This document shows, one piece after another, positions 57,006-64,000 of a stretch of 64,000 nucleotides of DNA (positions are counted from its first letter, which is position 1; every line of letters begins with the position of its first letter). The notes under the pieces were generated by a model, which was given only the letters and a program-made list of their open reading frames with translations, searched no databases and was not told where the DNA came from. The stretch comes from Marsupella aquatica. Its lineage: Eukaryota > Plantae > Marchantiophyta. The stretch covers positions 24,117,899-24,181,898 of the forward strand of contig OZ316891.1 of NCBI GenBank assembly GCA_973895155.1. Direction: 5' to 3'. Both the position numbers and the translations under genes were made by a program.

Positions 57006-59372
57006 CTAGCATGGACTCTTCTCTTGCTCTCAAACACTTCACATTTAGTCACACTTAGTGGTCACAATGAAGATTGGAACAATCCTTTTATTGTATACTC
57101 AATCTTTACATAAAAGGTCACTACACACTCTCCACACTAAGCATGGACCTCTTTCCCCTTCTCAATCTTAGCCCCAACTTGCAAGGTAGAGCTTACACTT
57201 AAGAATGAGACTTTTGGTCCTCAACAAATGAAATCTTCTACCTTATATACTATTCTCCTTTCACACCACACCAAGTTTGACCTGGGGTCCAACTATACCT
57301 CCCCCAAGTCCTCCTAACACACCAAGTCCAAACTATAGTTCATAGCTCACTCTACAACCTATTGCTTGACTCCTTCCAAGCCCTGGACTATGCCACACAT
57401 GAGTTGCATGCTTTGACCTCCAAACCTGCTCCCACTTATGGTCCTCTTCATCAGCTTTTCAACGCACTTGAAAGCTCGCAAAAAGAGTACTTGAGTCCAA
57501 AGTTATGCCTAGTCAAAGTTGGCCTTATTTGACTTGTACCCCTTATACTACCCTAAGCAAACTACCCTCTATACTCACTTCTATTAACTTGATGGCCTTG
57601 CACCTTCGACCAAAGGTAAGTACCCTTCCCTAGAGCCTTACTAAAGTGGTATGGGTACCCAAAGTGTTTGGCCCTACATCTGGTATTCATTCCCCCTTGG
57701 CAGCTCCCGTTTGCAAGCTAGCGGGATCCCCCATGGCGACGGTTTAAAATATCTCTGGGTATTTCTTTTCCTGGGTTTCTACCTTCACTCAACGATGCTT
57801 TACCTTCCCTTGAATTGGCACAAAAAATATGGGCCCCAACGGATGCCCCTAGCTCAAGTTATGGCATTTTCCCTCTTTCAATCCCTTATGTGAAAAAGGG
57901 CTCTGAATTACACTGTCATAGGTCCCGGTTTACACTTATGTGTATACCAGGTGTCGACCTGAGAGAGTTCCTCATAAGGTCCAGTCTTTCCAAAAGCTAT
58001 AGAGCTTAGCATCGTGTCTGATTATGCAGCTGATTTGAGGATGATTCCTTGACTAATTGCTTGACTGATTTTTGCAGTAGCTTCTCCTCTGATTTATGAC
58101 TGAGTCCCTTCTAATTGTTGGGCTGGATTGTGATTGATTTGCTCAGGAGTAGCCATAGTTCACAACTGCTGTAAATTGCAGCAGCTAGTCAATTCTCAGC
58201 ACATGGATTCTCAATTGCCAGCCATTCTCTTTTGAATTTACTCAGCACAAGCTTACCTACCCGCAGATTGAATCAGCCAGCACATTGAATCAGCCAATAG
58301 AGTGAATCAGCCAGCAACATCCACGTTTTCCTTGGCAGCAAGCTCTATAGCCTATGTAGTGCCTGCCCTTTCTCAATTTGTCAGCATCCAGGCAGAGATC
58401 ACGTTTACTAGACAGCTGCTGCATCAATTTCACATTGCCTAAGTTAGTCAATCTCGTGCTGGAGCAACAATAGCCCACCATAGATTTTCCACCATGTGAT
58501 TTTATAGTCTAATCACTCAACTCGCAGCCACCCTTGTGCTTAGACTCCTTCCTGCCTCGTGCTAGCCTCGTCGCAGCCGCGTCGTTGCGTTTCCACACTT
58601 AGAAAAAATTTGGTTCTCTTGCGGGAGAAAACTTTGTACTATCCCTTTTTAAAGCCATGCCAAAAATCACCCATAGGTCTAAAGAACTTCTGAGCATAGT
58701 TATGGGATCCTTGGACATAGGACTCCCTCCTGAATTTGTCAAACGCACTAAATACCCCGCAATGACTTTTCTAAAAATATCTAAGTTTGCCCATATCTAT
58801 AGGTTGCAGTACTTTTCCCAATCTTTGAGGTGCTCCCAAAAACTAACCAAAGTTGATAAACTACTTCTTAGACTTTCAAGGGATATTATGGGCTATACTA
58901 TACCCAATTTTAACCTCGAACCAAAAATATCTACCCTTTGGCTAATTTCTCCGGGACCCGCTAGATGGTTATTTTAAGTTCAGCCAAAATACTCACAATT
59001 CCTAGGTTGAGACCCTACTTCACTTCATAATTTTTCAGGGTTCCCTAGGGACCTCCCCGCACCCATGGGAGAAATATTAGCCAAAAAATGAGATGTCAGG
59101 TGTTGGGTCATTTTCCGGTCCCGACTTAGTCGTCTATCCTAACTAAGGAAAGAATATTTGCTGCCCTACCATAAAGACCTCACTTATCCCTTTACATCTT
59201 CTTAGAACAACATATTTTTCCCTTCCATGATTCCCTACTATCCTTCCTTAGTGACTTAGGGTTGCAAACCCTAAGTACTTTACTAATGCTAAAATGTATT
59301 TCTTACTATCCTTGTACAAAAAGCAAAAAAAATGATGAGTTTCTTACATACCCTATTTTGAGCTAGTCCACA
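57006..59372 (-). mobile_element. Truncated, diverged LTR related to the intact Gypsy element
   Basis: Collinear with about 32490-35052 (TAGCATGGACTCTTCTCTTGCTCTCA..., CAGGGTTCCCTAGGGACCTCCC...); ends GAGCTAGTCCACA; the middle part is divergent. Confidence 0.88.
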
Positions 59373-59504
59373 GTGAGCTTGAGAAGCGATTGAAGGAGTT
59401 GCTCCACGGCTCAGTCTTGCCAGTAATCCAACAATCGGTTCATACTCTCTCCACTGCTGCAACTGGAATGGCACTCTCTGTTAGACACTCTTCAACTTGC
59501 TGCA

Positions 59505-60098
59505 TTGACGTCTGAAGGATGGAAAAATGATACTAAGAACCTGACAAAAATTGCTTCGGCAATTACCAATCAGAAGAATTTGTTGGACAGGAAGTATGAG
59601 ACGATTCTGAGATTGATTGGAGATTTGCAAAAGTATACTGAAAATCATTTGGAATTCTGTTCAGCCTTTACACCTGACCAGAGAACTCCAGCCGACCTAC
59701 CACAAGGAGTACCTCATGGCTCGAAGGAGGACAAATCAACTGCCATTGCTCCCTGTGAGAAGGATGCTGATAAAAAATTGAGTGTGGGTCCAACCCTAAT
59801 CATGACATCAGAGGATCTTGCTTCCCACACAATTTCTACTGATCAGCGCCAGGCAATTTCTGCAATTGAGGTCGCTTGTCTTCTAGTTCCTACCCCTAAA
59901 CAACAGTCACCAATTTCTAATGTCTATGACAATTTTTCCAACACTGCCCTATTACGATCCATGATTGCTCCCACTACAGATCTAGCAGCACAGGCTGATT
60001 TACAGGTGGAAATTGACGTAGTTGAATCAGACACTGAGTCTGAAGCAGTGACTCAAACCCGACTTCCAAAGAAGAAGAAACTGAAGCGCAAGCACTAG
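59505..60098 (+). other. Unassigned 197-codon ORF fragment ending in a basic NLS-like tail
   Basis: Open frame next to the LTR end; ends PKKKKLKRKH; no family recognised. Confidence 0.3.
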
Positions 60099-60844
60099 GA
60101 GGCAACTTTTGAGTTTTCAGCGCAATTAGTGGAAGTATGAGCATTTTCCTTGGATGTAATGATCTTCTCGGATGGTGATGAGAAAGATCTCATTTTGATT
60201 TTCTCTAAAGCGAATGTCTCCCAACATATCACTACTTTGTACATTGGTGATGGTTTATTTGCATTTCATTCTCTTTGCCACCAATTCCACATATTTCTTT
60301 CCCTTGTATTTTTCACCTTGAATTTATTCAACTTGATCCAACTTGCTGAACTACACCTCCCAGTTCATTTTTCACACACCACCCCAAGCTCAGAACCGGA
60401 CCTGCAGTCCTCAAATTCCATTGACCCACTCCTTGTTTCTTTCAGTAAGAAATGATGTCCTCTTTACCAATTTCACTTGCCATCTTTTTATTGAAGACTG
60501 TTGGTTGACGACCTCCTGTTTGCGAGGTCGCTTCACATTTGAGGAGGGGATTATGTGGAAAGCCTTTTTTGAGGAAGTATTCTAAGGAGTATTAAATCTA
60601 CATTTTTCAAAACTTTTGAAGCATTTTAAGTGACAAAGTGAAGTCACTTAGAGAAGATGAAGGAGTTAAAGCTCTAAAACTGCTTTCACATTGAAGGATC
60701 CTTCTTAATCAACAATTGCTTTTACATCGGAAGAATCGTTCAGGCGTTTTTAGTTGGATTTTGATTCAACTTTTCTTAAACCATTTTCTCTCTCTTTTCC
60801 TAAATTGAGCTCATTAGATAGAATGTAGCTTAGCTAAATTAGTT

Positions 60845-61141
60845 CTCGGGGGTCTCACTATATGGGGACCTCCCCATCGCCTGCGACGTTTTTAGGCCTC
60901 GAACCCCCTAAAATGTAAGAATTTTTTTTAATTTTTTAACCCCTATAAAGTTAGAATATTCTTGGAATATTCTAAAAATTGGATTAAAAAGACCCTAATG
61001 TTCTTATAAGTCTCAAAATTGAATTTAAAAGACCCTATTGTTCTTCTACAAAAATTCTTAAGTCTTCCCTTAGAACCAATAAAATGACCCTATCCTTCGT
61101 CGCACGTGATATGCCATTTTTGTGGAAGTGAGACCCTCGAG
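60845..61141. mobile_element. MITE of the same family as 4013-4340, 297 bp
   Basis: TIRs CTCGGGGGTCTCACT / AGTGAGACCCTCGAG; 8-bp TSD AATTAGTT at 60837-60844 and 61142-61149; shares subterminal ATCGC(G/C)TGCGACG and CGTCGCACGTGAT. Confidence 0.94.
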
Positions 61142-61838
61142 AATTAGTTTAGCCATCATTAGGAATCTTAGCTTAGGAAAGTAGTTAGAACTACTCACCT
61201 CTTTAGATCTTCAATCAATAGTTAGTTTTTAGGTAGTTAAGTAACCTTTTCAGATCTCTTTGATCTGTGAGGGAGTATTACAATTGAACTCCCAGGCAAA
61301 ATTGCCTTGTCATTTTCTCTGGAAACGATTTGTGACCAGTATGGGTCTTTTCCTCATGCTAGGTTGGGCTTAGGAGGAAGAATTGCATAAATGAGAAAAT
61401 GCACCACCCAAATTCCACTGTTATTCATGATTCCCTCATGCATTTCTTGCAAACCTTGGAATGAATGAATACATTTTAAGAAAACATTTCTTTGGTTTTG
61501 TATGGAAAAATATGAGTAAAGTTCTGAAATCTAGAGTTTAGAGAATTGTAGTGATCCCTAATGTAAAGCCGATCTCTGTTGAGTATAAGGAATTTAGGAA
61601 TGGAACGAAAATCAAACTTCTATTGAGAAAGAGCGATAGTCTGAGAGTTTCCATATTAAAACGATTGATCATAAATATTTTGAGTGATACATAGTAGTTG
61701 TGTAAGGAAAGAGACTCCTAAAGATCTCAAAGACCTTAATACCATCATAAGTTGATTTCCTTTATTCCTTACGGGAATGAATTCGAGTTTCTAAGATACG
61801 TTTTATAAAAGTTTAATCTAAAACACTTACCACAGTTT

Positions 61839-64000
61839 TTTAGTCTCAGTGTTGCACATCCGCGGTATGTGCGGGGAGTCCCGACCTCTGGAAGAGAAAG
61901 AGTACCAAGGGGAGGGTGTGGGACTAAGCTCGTTGGGCGAGCGTGGAGCCAGGCTCCATTGTAGTGTACACCCTCGGCCTTGGACCTGTTCATTCCTGAG
62001 CTTTTGGGTCAACCAAGTGTACGCATATGTCTCCTATGTAGTAAAATCCTTCCCCATTATTTCCTTCGTGTAAATCGAGATTGTATGCTTGCGCGTGTAT
62101 GTATGTGTGAATCTCGTGTATAGGTGCCAACGCTTGGCTAAACGCACTACCCAAGTCGGGTACGGGGTGCAGCTTGCGAGTAGTGGTTGCGAACCCGGGT
62201 TGAGTATCCATATCATCGAATCCGGATCGAACGCGGACAATACGAAGGCTTAGAAGCCCGTAAGCCGGGGTCGATCCTGTTATCGATTAAGGTACATTCT
62301 AGCGGCGGAACACAAACCATACCTAGGAGGTGTTCGTATATGACCATAGGCACACTTAACGCTAGTTTACGTGAGTTAGGTGCATTCCGTGCATCCCTCC
62401 CTGCCCGAACCCTCATTTTGACGAAGGATGTGCCTGTCTAAGCCATAACCCGGGTTAAGGCCTAGGCTAACAACGTGACGTAGCCTTTGTTTTTGGCGCT
62501 AGATGGAGGGGGCACTCTACGTGTAGTAGAGGGAAGACATGTGCGGGTGCACTTAGGCAAAATACACCAGGCCCTTGTGAGTTACTAACTATTGCATTTA
62601 TACGAGTAAATGCCCGTCACTCGTTCTCAAGCAGCTTACTTGAGGAGATTGACCATCGAACAAGAGAGTGCAACCCCAACAAGCTCCGACTCTTCAAGCT
62701 CGGAGGATTCGCAATTGCCTTGACAAATGAACATACCACTGGGACCTTTGGGGTCCGGTCCAGCCGGTCCTACTCCGGTCCCTGCTGCACCACCACCACC
62801 GCCACCGCCACCAGTACCTATGGCAGCCGCCCCACCGATGGCCCGCGCTGCCCAAGCTCCCCCACAAATATCACAGCGGTCGTGGTTCCATTATCAACCT
62901 TTCAAAGGACATCATGGGGATGATCCAGATGAATGGCTGGATGAGTTTGAAGCCAATGCTAAGGCCAATGGGGAAGATGCCATTAAGCTAACCGTCTTCC
63001 CCGGGGTGATGCGGGGAGAAGCTCGTCCATGGTACAACTCGCTGCAACCCGGGATTACATGGGCACAATTCCAAGCTGCGTTGCTACAAGAGTTTTGTGC
63101 CATTGGATCAGAGCAGCATTCTTTATTAAAGATCAACCAGCTTTGCATGGGAAAGGAGTCCCTGCGAAAGTTCATTTAGAAGTTTCAGAAACTTGCTACC
63201 AAAATCCGACCTAGGCCGGGTGATGCTCTCCAGCTTACATGGTTCCTCCATGGTTTGCCCACAAATATGCAATTCTAGGTGCGCCAGAATAACCCAATTT
63301 CAATGCAAGCAGCTATAGCGTGCGCCAAAACCTACCACGAGTCCACCTATAACTCCCGGCAAAGCCAACGGGCACGCCACAGGAAGGGCAAATACAAGAC
63401 CTTCAGTGACAGTGACTCTGAATCGGACGACAAGAAGAAGAAAAATGCGAGAAGAAGAAGAAACATCGTTTGACCTTGTCCAGTTTGGAGACAAAATCTA
63501 GTTTGGATTCGACTTCGACCAGCAAAGCCTCCACTTCTAGCTCATCAGGAAGTGATTCGGAGAGCAAGAGCTGAGGCAAAACGAAGAAGAGGCGGGTTAA
63601 GAAGGAGGGAAAAATCAAGCCCCGTGTTCGAAGAACGATACCCGATCCAAAGGCTGCCAAAACAGACAAGCTTAATGAGATCACAGATCGTCTCAAAGCA
63701 CTGTCGGTACATCTTGCGAAAAAGCCTGTGGAGAAGAAGAAGCCACCTGAGACCCGAGCACATGCGTGGTGTTCAAAGTGCTTCCAATCCAGGCATGTCG
63801 TGCAGGAATGCCCAAGATGGAAGAACCAAGTCCACCATGTGGAATTAGATGATGTTGACAACCCAGGACCTGATTCGGAGTCCACGGAGTATTTCTTCAA
63901 AGATCCCCCTGACTCGGTGTATCAGATTTCAACGGTGGATCCGCGTAACTTAGCAGGTAGAACTACGTACCCCTACCCAAACAACGGCAGGAGTTTCCAA
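61839..64000 (+). mobile_element. Family A Gypsy element: truncated 5' LTR (to 62480), PBS and degenerate gag; runs off the window
   Basis: Reverse complement of about 7244-7885; PBS TGGCGCTAGATGGAGGGG at 62494. Confidence 0.92.
62610..64000 (+). pseudogene. Gypsy gag, with stops and frameshifts
   Basis: MPVTRSQA; FKGHHGDDPDEWLDEF...MRGEARPWYNSL; knuckle WCSKCFQSRHVVQEC; homologous to the gag starting at 41071. Confidence 0.9.

Overview
Eukaryotic, transposon-dense window, most likely from a non-seed land plant. That call is inferred from spliceosomal introns, plant-type Copia and Gypsy lineages, a PPR fragment and an intronless microbial-type terpene synthase. Left to right: (1) a full-length Copia element (191-bp LTRs, GATAT TSD) disrupted by a MITE; (2) three copies of a SWIM-containing Mutator-like transposon, each carrying or abutting a very long Gypsy LTR; (3) Copia remnants; (4) a decayed Sola-like DDD DNA transposon that carries a divergently transcribed, spliced gene fusing a ParB/Srx-like domain to a prokaryote-type beta-class N6/N4 DNA methyltransferase, with six copies of the 16-bp palindrome TTCATGAATTCATGAA spread through it; (5) a very young intact 12.5-kb Gypsy element inserted in that methyltransferase gene; (6) an intact trichodiene-synthase-like terpene synthase gene; (7) further LTR, MITE and gag remnants. 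The two most unusual systems are the transposon-borne ParB-methyltransferase with its candidate binding sites, and Gypsy LTRs that themselves encode a large protein. One of these is a 4.65-kb solo LTR with an intact 1216-codon ORF. All calls come from reading the sequence by eye; no database search was run.
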